Assembly (NCBI GenBank): GCA_043814605.1
Contig: JBDRJV010000010.1
Span: forward strand, 1,340-65,339
DNA length: 64,000 bases
Reading direction: 5' to 3'
Origin: Candidatus Omnitrophota bacterium
GTDB lineage: Bacteria; Omnitrophota; Gorgyraeia; B26-G9
The notes below the pieces were generated by a model, which saw only the letters and a program-made list of their open reading frames with translations, ran no database searches and was not told where the DNA came from. The translations under genes and the position numbers were made by a program. Positions 38,072 through 46,193 of the stretch are shown piece after piece (position 1 is the stretch's first letter; each line of letters begins with the position of its first letter).

Positions 38072-40546
38072 ATGAAGCAAACCTCTAAATCAAAATGGAT
38101 TTATTTGCGGATAATTAGTTTAGTCTTAATCCAGGCATTTTTTTGTCTTAATATTAGTTATTCCTTTTCCCCAAAGCTTTCCTCATATAAGAATCAAAAA
38201 CAAACGGAAGTGGCAACTTTATCCCCGCAAATTTGTATCAGTATTGAATCATTTCAGTATAACTATTCTAACTATCACAAGTATTTTAATCAATCCGGGA
38301 ATAATCAAACAGATTTTACTAATCCGGATCATGATCAGCAGATTTCCATTATTGATTTTTATGAACAGATTAACCCTGATGAAGCAGGTAAAAAGGATCC
38401 TGGAAGTACGCAAATTTATCATCTCTCCTGGAGAACAATTAGCTTAGCATTAGCAGGTTCTTTTATTGCTGCGGTGGAGTTTTTTTCTTTCTTGCAGGTT
38501 TTAGGCTTAACAGGGCAAATTACGTTACTAACACTTGCCGGTCCGTATTTTGCCGCATTATTTATGGGAAGCTTGATTTCTGTATTGTGTGGGATCGGGT
38601 TCAGAGGAATAGGGTACTCTCTGGCTGCTGCTAGGCAAGGATTAAAGGGTAAAAATCATGTAAACCAAAAAGGAGTATTTTTAAAAATTCCTGGTTTAGT
38701 AAATCAGGAACAACGCAAACAAATTATGGAAAATGGGAAAAAGGTACATAATACGTCAACTTTTACATTAATCAGTGCGATGCTGGCTTTAATTATTATT
38801 CCAGTACAAATTGAACTGGCTGCTTTTGTCATTATCCCTATGGTTGTAAATATTATATTATATTTAGCCAAGTCCATAAATACAGAGATTCAATATCAAG
38901 AAAAGACTAAGTTTAATAAGATCTATTGTACCTGGCAAACTTTAATTCAGGCGTTTATTGTACCGTTTATGTACTTACGTATTGAAACAGTTCTTAAAGC
39001 TTTTGCGCAATCGCCAACTATAACCGGTCTAATCAGTGCTTTAACAATCCCGGTAAGTTTGCTAAGTATTGGCGGGTTTGCCGGGATTGGTTTTCTAATT
39101 GTGGTAATTGCTTTAATAATGCATGAGATGGGGCATAATAGCGTTGCGCAGAGTTTAAAAGTTGAAAGATCTTTTGGTATTGATAAAAAGGGAATATCTA
39201 TGGAATTAAGTAAAGAGCTGGAGCTGGAAAAAATCAGGATGATTGTACAAAGAGGAATTTATAATAATAAATGGTTTATTTCATTAGGTATGCAGTTTTT
39301 CTGGTTCATTTTTTTTGGGATAATTGCTTGTTTGTCAAGTATCCAAATTTTTATAGTTATCCCGCTGATTATTGGAAAAGTAAATAAAATCTTTTCTGAA
39401 ACTGAGGAAGATGAGTTATTTTTAGAGAAAACCAAGGGAAAAAATGTTTTTGAAATATTAAGAGAAGTAAAAGATTTTGTTTCAGTGTTAGCAAAATCTA
39501 TAAAGAAAGAGGAAAAGCCGGCAATAATACTGCTTGGCGGTTATTTTGCCGTAGGTAAAAATGAACTTTTTGAACTGATAAATAAAACTTTAAAGGGAAG
39601 TAAAATGTTCAATAAGAAAATCCGTATTATATCCATAGACCGGTTATTAAAGACAGAATCTAAAAGAGAAAAGAATTTATCCTATCCTTATAATACCTAT
39701 GAATATGAAAAATATATCAAAATGGTGGAGGATTTTTCTGAGGGGAAACCGATTTATTTGCCATTTTACCTGCATATTTTTTCAAAGAGATTGTTAATTA
39801 GTAAAGAAATAATTCAAGCATTAATTAAAGAAAAAGGTGTAATTTTAAGTGATTTTGATGGTGTTAAAATGATAAAGCTGGATAAGGCTAAGAAAAATTT
39901 GCCAGTGAAGAATTTTGTAAGTTCTCAGCGATTAGAAAGGATAAAAAAACAAATAAAATCAAAAAGGCAGAAACCGGAAAAATATCTCCAAATTTTTAAG
40001 GTTTTAAGTGAAAAGCCATTGAGCAGTTTTTTAGTTAATAGCGCTAATGATATCTATGTAAGAATTAATAATGATGGGACAGGGGAAATTGTTGAGCAAA
40101 TCCGGCCGGAAAAAGAAGCGATTCATGTTTTTGAGTTTGAACAGGCATTGACATCTCCCCGGGCAAGAAACAAGGCAAAGAAAACACTGGTAGTCATGGC
40201 TTCTCAGAAAAAACGGCAGGAATATTTCATGAAAAGGTGGAGAAACGGGTTAAGATACCTTCATCTGAGTGAGCAGGAGATAGTGGAAAAGTTTAATAAT
40301 TTCATAAAAAGAGAGAATAATGATTTTGAATTTAAAAACGGGCTCTTAAAAGCACAACTAATTTTAAATACGGAAGTGCCGATAGCTGAGCAATTGCAGA
40401 AAAAAAAGAAAATTAATCATAAAATTGATGAAGAAAAAAAACAAAAACTTATTAATAAACTAAGTCAAACATTAAGCTGCTTAAAAAGTTTAAAGATATC
40501 AAAAGAAAAATCACCAATTTTTCAAACTATTCAAATAGCTATTTAA
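38072..40546 (+). CDS. large polytopic membrane protein with conserved N-terminal module, intramembrane HExxH (HEMGH) motif and C-terminal degenerate uridine-kinase/PRK-like P-loop domain
   Basis: Shared N-terminal module. MHEMGHN sits inside a TM helix (site-2-protease-like). The C-terminal ILLGGYFAVGKNE...ISIDRLL...P(F)Y pattern resembles the Udk/PRK family but has a non-canonical P-loop. Confidence 0.5.
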   Translation: MKQTSKSKWIYLRIISLVLIQAFFCLNISYSFSPKLSSYKNQKQTEVATLSPQICISIESFQYNYSNYHKYFNQSGNNQTDFTNPDHDQQISIIDFYEQINPDEAGKKDPGSTQIYHLSWRTISLALAGSFIAAVEFFSFLQVLGLTGQITLLTLAGPYFAALFMGSLISVLCGIGFRGIGYSLAAARQGLKGKNHVNQKGVFLKIPGLVNQEQRKQIMENGKKVHNTSTFTLISAMLALIIIPVQIELAAFVIIPMVVNIILYLAKSINTEIQYQEKTKFNKIYCTWQTLIQAFIVPFMYLRIETVLKAFAQSPTITGLISALTIPVSLLSIGGFAGIGFLIVVIALIMHEMGHNSVAQSLKVERSFGIDKKGISMELSKELELEKIRMIVQRGIYNNKWFISLGMQFFWFIFFGIIACLSSIQIFIVIPLIIGKVNKIFSETEEDELFLEKTKGKNVFEILREVKDFVSVLAKSIKKEEKPAIILLGGYFAVGKNELFELINKTLKGSKMFNKKIRIISIDRLLKTESKREKNLSYPYNTYEYEKYIKMVEDFSEGKPIYLPFYLHIFSKRLLISKEIIQALIKEKGVILSDFDGVKMIKLDKAKKNLPVKNFVSSQRLERIKKQIKSKRQKPEKYLQIFKVLSEKPLSSFLVNSANDIYVRINNDGTGEIVEQIRPEKEAIHVFEFEQALTSPRARNKAKKTLVVMASQKKRQEYFMKRWRNGLRYLHLSEQEIVEKFNNFIKRENNDFEFKNGLLKAQLILNTEVPIAEQLQKKKKINHKIDEEKKQKLINKLSQTLSCLKSLKISKEKSPIFQTIQIAI

Positions 40547-40648
40547 AATTAAAAAATATAAGAGTTATTATTTATCTTGCCTATCTATTTTTCTATTGTT
40601 AAAATAAAACTGAGGATATATCATTTTTAATGAAACAAATAGTAATCT

Positions 40649-42811
40649 ATGCCAATCTATGATTCAAAACAACATATCAAATCTGGAATTCCTTTAGGCG
40701 GTATTGGCGCCGGGAAGTTAGAAATAACGCCTTATGGCACTTTAGATTATATTACTTACCAGAATAATTGGACTAACCCGATATGTAATGCGACAAATAA
40801 AGATAAACAAAAAGCGCAGGGAATTGCGGGTTTTCATTTCGCCTTGTATGTAAATGCCCAGGCCGCGGTAATTTGTAAGTTATTACAGACAGAAAAAATC
40901 CAAAATTATCGGACGATAAGTCAAATTGAATTTAAAGGCGAATTTCCTTATGCGCGTTTGAATTATAAAGATCGTAACTTACCAGTTAAAATTTCTCTTT
41001 GTGCCAATTCAATCTTCATCCCTGCGGATATAAAAAATTCCAGTTTGCCGGCTTGTGTTTTTGAATTTGAAGTTATGAATCCAATGCCGAAGAATATTGA
41101 AGTGGGCATTATGTGTGTAGCGCGGAATTTAATTTCTAAAAACTCCGTGGGCAGATTAAACAGTTTAAAAAAATACGGGAAACTTGTGGGGTTAGAATTC
41201 TTACATACCCAGCCATTAGCGCAGGATTCTCAAGCGGGCGATACTTTCTTGAGTGTTTCCAAAAAATCCGGCAGAATTAGTTTTCTCTCTGGCTGGAATA
41301 TGCAAAAGGAAAATTTTTGTTTTGAACCTAAAGTAGGATTAGATGCTTTTGAATATTTTGAAAAAAATGGCACATTACCTAATCTAAGGATGAAACACCC
41401 TACTCAAAGCCAGAGTTTTGAACTCGGCGGTGCATTAGCTGTAAGTTTTAAATTAACTCCTGGTCAAAATAAAAAAGTACCGTTTTTCTATACCTGGCAT
41501 TTTCCGCAGCATTTTCAGGGCCATTTATATGAAAAAAGTTTTAGAAAAAGTAAAGATGTTGCGATTTATGTAGATAAAAACATAAATTTTTTGCAAGCCA
41601 GAACAAGGCAATTACCCGCGATAATAAAAAGTATGGAACTTGCGCCCTGGTTAGCAGATGCTTTAATGAACAATCTCTATACGCTTTTTTCCTCAAGCTG
41701 GTTAACCCGTAATAATGATTTTACTATGTATGAGTCTCCCTTAATTTGTCCTTTGATGGGGACTTTGGATGTTTATTTTTATGCATCCGTAGTGATTGGC
41801 TTGTTATACCCGGAACTGGATAAAAAAGCTTTATTATTATTTAAAAAAAATATTCGCAAAAACGGATATATACCGCATGATTTAGGGTTAGATAGAATTG
41901 ATTTGCCTTCAAATGGAACAACCATGCTGTTATGGAAAGATTTAAATCCTAAATTTATTCTGCTGGTTTATCGGGCATATCTTTTTTCCGGAGACCGGAA
42001 ATTTTTAAAAGATATGTATCCGGCTCTAAAACGGGTTTTTGAGTGTAGTTTAAACTTCGATAAGAATAATGACGGTTTGCCGGACAATGAAGGTTTTGAT
42101 ACCACTTTTGATACATGGGGATTTACTGGGGCGGGTTCTTATAATGGGAGTATTTTTCTGGTAAGCCTTTTGGCGCTTAAAAAAATTGCGGATTATTTTA
42201 ACGATAAGGGATTAGCAAAAAAGTGCTTACATTGTTTTTTAAAAGGACAAAAAAGTTTTGAGGATAAATTATGGAACGGGAAGTTTTATATCACATCAAA
42301 TGATCAAGATAAGATGTATGAGTCTTGTACTGTTGCGCAATTAGCGGGTCAGTGGTATGCATATCTTTTAGGTTTGGGAAGAGTTTTCCCGGAAGATAAT
42401 ATTAAAAGTGCGATAAAATGGATTTTTAAATTAAATGATCAAGATTCTTCATATGGCGCAACAAATTCTGTATTTGTTAATAAAAGAAGAGATAAAGAAT
42501 CCTACCATTCTCAAAATATTTGGCCGGGCGTGTGTTATTCTTTTGCTGCCTTAGCTATATATGAGGGGTTTGAGAAACAAGCTTTAAAACTAACAAAAAA
42601 AGTTTGGGAAACGATAAGTATAAAAAACAAAAGCCCTTGGAATCAGCCGGATGTAATCATTGCCCAAGACGGAAGTTTCGGGTTTGGTGATTATTATATG
42701 CGTAATAATGTAATTTGGGCTGTGCTTTTAGCTTTAGCAAAAAATAATCCTAACATAGAAATCGGCCTTGAGAAAATCAAGGTTTTAGTCAGATTTATGC
42801 ATAAACTCTAA
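40649..42811 (+). CDS. glycoside hydrolase family 116 (GBA2-like glucosylceramidase / beta-glucosidase)
   Basis: N-terminal GIPLGGIGAGKLEI motif characteristic of the GH116 N-domain. 720 aa with (alpha/alpha)6-like C-terminal region. Confidence 0.65.
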   Translation: MPIYDSKQHIKSGIPLGGIGAGKLEITPYGTLDYITYQNNWTNPICNATNKDKQKAQGIAGFHFALYVNAQAAVICKLLQTEKIQNYRTISQIEFKGEFPYARLNYKDRNLPVKISLCANSIFIPADIKNSSLPACVFEFEVMNPMPKNIEVGIMCVARNLISKNSVGRLNSLKKYGKLVGLEFLHTQPLAQDSQAGDTFLSVSKKSGRISFLSGWNMQKENFCFEPKVGLDAFEYFEKNGTLPNLRMKHPTQSQSFELGGALAVSFKLTPGQNKKVPFFYTWHFPQHFQGHLYEKSFRKSKDVAIYVDKNINFLQARTRQLPAIIKSMELAPWLADALMNNLYTLFSSSWLTRNNDFTMYESPLICPLMGTLDVYFYASVVIGLLYPELDKKALLLFKKNIRKNGYIPHDLGLDRIDLPSNGTTMLLWKDLNPKFILLVYRAYLFSGDRKFLKDMYPALKRVFECSLNFDKNNDGLPDNEGFDTTFDTWGFTGAGSYNGSIFLVSLLALKKIADYFNDKGLAKKCLHCFLKGQKSFEDKLWNGKFYITSNDQDKMYESCTVAQLAGQWYAYLLGLGRVFPEDNIKSAIKWIFKLNDQDSSYGATNSVFVNKRRDKESYHSQNIWPGVCYSFAALAIYEGFEKQALKLTKKVWETISIKNKSPWNQPDVIIAQDGSFGFGDYYMRNNVIWAVLLALAKNNPNIEIGLEKIKVLVRFMHKL

Positions 42812-42873
42812 TCTCGTATTCATAAACCAAAAAATTATAAAACCTAAACCCTAGATCATAAAATCAAAGTAAA

Positions 42874-42902
42874 TTGCAAACATTTTTTTGATATGGTATA
42901 AT
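42874..42902 (+). promoter_or_regulatory. promoter upstream of smpB (TTGCAA-17-TATAAT with TGG extension)
   Basis: -35 TTGCAA at 42874-42879 and extended -10 TGGTATAAT at 42894-42902. Confidence 0.45.
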
Positions 42903-42910
42903 TTTCGCTA

Positions 42911-43375
42911 ATGGGGAAAATGGAAAAAAAGACAATTGCGACTAATAAAAAAGCTTTATATCAATATGATATTGCGGAGAAAATTGAAGCGGGGATTGAG
43001 CTTTGCGGTACAGAGGTTAAATCTTTAAGGCAGAACAAGTTAGATTTAAAAGACAGCTTTGCCCGGATTAATAATGGAGAAGTATTTTTACATAATTTAT
43101 ATATAAGTCCTTATGATAAAGGCAGTTATAATAATGTTGACCCCCGGCGTATAAGGAAACTTTTATTACATAAAGCCCAAATCAGTAAGCTGATTGGCAA
43201 AATTAATCAAAAAGGCTTTACATTAATTGCGATTAGTTTATACTTTAATGACAAAGGTAAAGCTAAGGTAAATTTGGCATTAGCCAAAGGGCGTAAACTT
43301 TATGATCAGCGGGATAAGATCAAGGATAAGGAAACTGAACAGCGTTTGCGTAAAATATCCAGTATCCGGAAATAA
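42911..43375 (+). CDS. smpB: SsrA-binding protein SmpB
   Basis: ALYQYDI...GIEL.GTEVKSLR and a C-terminal basic tail. It is adjacent to tmRNA. Confidence 0.85.
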   Translation: MGKMEKKTIATNKKALYQYDIAEKIEAGIELCGTEVKSLRQNKLDLKDSFARINNGEVFLHNLYISPYDKGSYNNVDPRRIRKLLLHKAQISKLIGKINQKGFTLIAISLYFNDKGKAKVNLALAKGRKLYDQRDKIKDKETEQRLRKISSIRK

Positions 43376-43545
43376 AACGCTAATGGCGATTCGAGTTCAT
43401 AAAGCTATAAAGTTTATAAAGTGAAAAGCAGGTTACGGGCTAACTGGTTAACACTTGAACATAAGATAAATTACTAAAAAATTTAACGTTGTTTTTTCTA
43501 ATCGTTAACCGCTATACACTAAACGCTTATAGTTAATAGGAATTG

Positions 43546-43974
43546 GGGGGTGAAAGGGTTCGACTTAAGTGGATTAAGTAAGAGCAGCATGTCGAGGTGG
43601 TCGGGAGGCCTCGTTAAACACCTGGCAAAAAAATAAACGCTAAAACTGAAGTTCCAGCTAGCGTGGATGCACTTCTTGAAAAAATCGGAACGGGCATTGC
43701 TCATCCGACATTTTCCGGAATGCTTCCAACACCAGTGTTGTTTTAAAATAAAACAACCCGCTTTTTTATCTGCGCCTGCGGGGTAGAAAAGCGTCATCAG
43801 CAGGATCGTCCCGCCGCCTAGCTTTTAGCGGGCGGGATTAAACCCTTAAAAGCTGCCTTTTGAAATACCCTGTTTGCTGGGGATTTTAAAAGAAAGATTT
43901 ATAAACAGACTAAACATGTAGATACTCTTATTGGTTGCTTAAGGACGCGAGTTCAATTCTCGCCACCTCCACCA
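43546..43974 (+). ncRNA. ssrA: tmRNA (ssrA)
   Basis: 5' end GGGGGTGAAAGGGTTCGAC and 3' tRNA-like end GGACGCGAGTTCAATTCTCGCCACCTCCACCA (T-arm + acceptor + CCA). smpB is immediately upstream. A canonical ALAA-type tag reading frame could not be identified by eye. Confidence 0.75.
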
Positions 43975-44034
43975 AATTTTCTTGCGAAAATTTCCACAGG
44001 AGAAAACGAAGTTTTCCCCTTATGGCGCTCGCCA
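43961..44034 (+). repeat. direct repeat copy 1: last 14 nt of tmRNA + about 60 nt trailer (two small hairpins)
   Basis: Near-identical to 44263-44336 (one mismatch in the first 56 nt). Confidence 0.8.
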
Positions 44035-44193
44035 TCATGCATTGGGCTCGCTGTAACCCCTTTCCAAATGGAATAGATCTTAGTCAAAGAAGAAGGGGAG
44101 TATCCCCCTCTTCTTTAGAAATCTGTACCCCCTATAAAGGAGTCGCTTCGCGACCTGGAATAATAGAGTTATGATTTTGGTGGGTTCTATGGT

Positions 44194-44219
44194 GTTGAAA
44201 ATTGATTTTTGTGATATAA
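44194..44219 (+). promoter_or_regulatory. extended -10 promoter (TGATATAAT) inside the segment between the direct repeats
   Basis: TGnTATAAT at 44211-44219 with TTGAAA upstream (short 14-nt spacer). It would drive a roughly 110-nt transcript ending at the copy-2 hairpin + T-run. Confidence 0.35.
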
Positions 44220-44262
44220 TACATACTGTTCAAGGAGTTATGGCGTTTGCAAGTAAGACATC

Positions 44263-44336
44263 CGCCACCTCTACCAAATTTTCTTGCGAAAATTTCCACA
44301 GGAGAAAACGAAGTTTTCTTTTTATGGCGTTCGTCT
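44263..44336 (+). repeat. direct repeat copy 2 (tmRNA 3'-end fragment CGCCACCTCTACCA + trailer), ends in hairpin + TTTTT
   Basis: See copy 1. Here the trailer hairpin GAAAAC-GAA-GTTTTC is followed by a T5 run (terminator-like). Confidence 0.8.
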
Positions 44337-46193
44337 CGCTGTTGCCGGGAGCATTTCTTCGATAAACTTCCATGATTCGGGGTACCAGCTTAATCCATTA
44401 ATTTCAAATTTATGAATATATTCTAAGTAGTTGTGGTTGTGGTTATTCCCGGCGAAATAAACAAAAAAATTCCGAGTAATCTGATTATTTTCATTAATAT
44501 CAAAAATAGAAGGATATAATATATCTGCTTGTATTTTTAATTCCTGGAAGATTGTCGGAGCAATATTATTGAGTCCTACCGGAGCATCAGAAACCTGTAG
44601 TTGAGTATTGGTTTTAAAAGGTTTAACGAGGATTAAAGGTAAAGCGCGGGAGATTTTGCATTCAAGGTTATTATAACTAAAATAATCTGATTTTTTTGAT
44701 GCGCCTATTTGTTCAAAGCCTGAGATTTCGCAATTAGAGCCATGGTCGCCGATAATAAAAATCAATGAATTATCATAAAGATTGTTTTCTTTAAGAATTT
44801 CTAAAAATTTTAAAGTTATTTTTAAATGTCCTTTAGCGCAGGAAATAAATGATTTTCTGGTTTGAGGCAAATTGTTATAATGAATTTTCAAGTTTTCATC
44901 TAGACATAACGGCGGGTGAAATCCACTTAGATGATAATATTTGAAAGTTGGCAGCGGACTGTCTAAAGATATATTATTAACTGCGTTTTGTGTAAACAGA
45001 GCAAAATCATTATTTAATGTGTTTTCCGAATAAATTATTTCATTGTGTAATTCTTCCGGATTATCTGGGAGTAGTTTTAAATCACAGCCTGTTTTAAAAG
45101 TTAGTATTTTTTGAATATTGTTCAAGGAGAAGATTCTTTTTAAAAACCAAGTGCGGTTATTGTAAATATATCTTCTAAAATAATGCGGCATTATTCTAAA
45201 TAATGCCGCATCGTATAATTGAATAATATCAAAGAATTCATCGTTGGCAGATGTTCGAACAGTATTTTCATTAGTTTTAGGCTTAGGATCGATCGTGTTT
45301 TTTATATAATTCGATGCTATTCTTTTATCAATTAATACCCTTACATAAGCGTACAAATCTACTAAAAATCCGTTTTCTTTCAGCTTTTTAGGAAGGCAGG
45401 AGCTAGATAAATAAGCTTTTTCAATAAATAAATCTATCGGCAGAGTATTATCATAATATTTACCAGTTAAAATTACAGGTGTAGAAAATTCTGTTACAGG
45501 AAAAGCTCCTAAAGCATTTCGGTAATAGGTGAAACCGGCAAAATTGTTTCTCATGGTTTTGTCGTGTTCAATTATTTCGTTAAACCAATCAGATTGAAAA
45601 CTGTCTAGAACAAGAATAATCACATTTTTTTCTTCTGAAAATCTGAATTTATTAGAAGAATCAATTGTGCATTCATGACGTTGTGCTATAGACGTATCAT
45701 TTTTGCTATTTATGTATGAAAATATAAGGGAAAATAACTGAATTAAAATTAAGATTATACTGGTTTTTTTTGCAAAACTGTAAACAAGATTTGTTTTTCG
45801 AGTGAGTAATGTAAAGGTAAGAATATAAACCCCAATATCAATAATCCCTCGATAATGAAATTTGCCCCAGTCAATGTGTTTACCGTCAAACAATCCGTAA
45901 TCCCAGACCAAAATATTAGCGTTAAACCAAAACAGAAAACCTAAGACAAATAAAGTGCTGATATTTTTTTTAAATCTGTCTATATTTTTATTGTATGCTG
46001 TTAATAAATAAAGTAAAAAAATTAATGTAATTGTTATTTTGAAACAGGTAAGTACTAATCTGAAAAAAGAAGAATAAAAATTGAAATTATTTAAGTTTGC
46101 CAGGTAGAGATGTAAGGGGACAAAGAAAAAAACTGTTAAAACAAAAAAACTTACTACAACTAAAGAATGTGCAAGTTTGTTCTCTTTATTCAC
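44322..46193 (-). CDS. LtaS/EptA-like sulfatase-family membrane transferase (polytopic N-terminus + periplasmic alkaline-phosphatase-fold domain)
   Basis: Five or more N-terminal TM helices. The IILVLDSFQSDWFN motif is equivalent to LtaS VVLESFQ. The region DHGS...IFIIGDHG is typical of the sulfatase superfamily. Confidence 0.55.
   Translation of the reverse strand: MNKENKLAHSLVVVSFFVLTVFFFVPLHLYLANLNNFNFYSSFFRLVLTCFKITITLIFLLYLLTAYNKNIDRFKKNISTLFVLGFLFWFNANILVWDYGLFDGKHIDWGKFHYRGIIDIGVYILTFTLLTRKTNLVYSFAKKTSIILILIQLFSLIFSYINSKNDTSIAQRHECTIDSSNKFRFSEEKNVIILVLDSFQSDWFNEIIEHDKTMRNNFAGFTYYRNALGAFPVTEFSTPVILTGKYYDNTLPIDLFIEKAYLSSSCLPKKLKENGFLVDLYAYVRVLIDKRIASNYIKNTIDPKPKTNENTVRTSANDEFFDIIQLYDAALFRIMPHYFRRYIYNNRTWFLKRIFSLNNIQKILTFKTGCDLKLLPDNPEELHNEIIYSENTLNNDFALFTQNAVNNISLDSPLPTFKYYHLSGFHPPLCLDENLKIHYNNLPQTRKSFISCAKGHLKITLKFLEILKENNLYDNSLIFIIGDHGSNCEISGFEQIGASKKSDYFSYNNLECKISRALPLILVKPFKTNTQLQVSDAPVGLNNIAPTIFQELKIQADILYPSIFDINENNQITRNFFVYFAGNNHNHNYLEYIHKFEINGLSWYPESWKFIEEMLPATARRTP

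Noticed and set aside
43546-43974. tmRNA tag-peptide reading frame
   Set aside because: I could not find a canonical resume codon leading to an …A(L/Y)AA-stop tag. Candidate frames give atypical peptides (for example …DRPAA*), so no tag sequence is asserted, only the tmRNA 5'/3' tRNA-like ends.
43935-44365. ORFs 43935..44174 and 44171..44365 (both +) predicted in the six-frame track
   Set aside because: They are translations of the duplicated tmRNA 3'-end/trailer repeat; the two 'proteins' share the segment STKFSCENFHRRKRSF purely because the DNA repeats. There is no RBS, so they are not genes.
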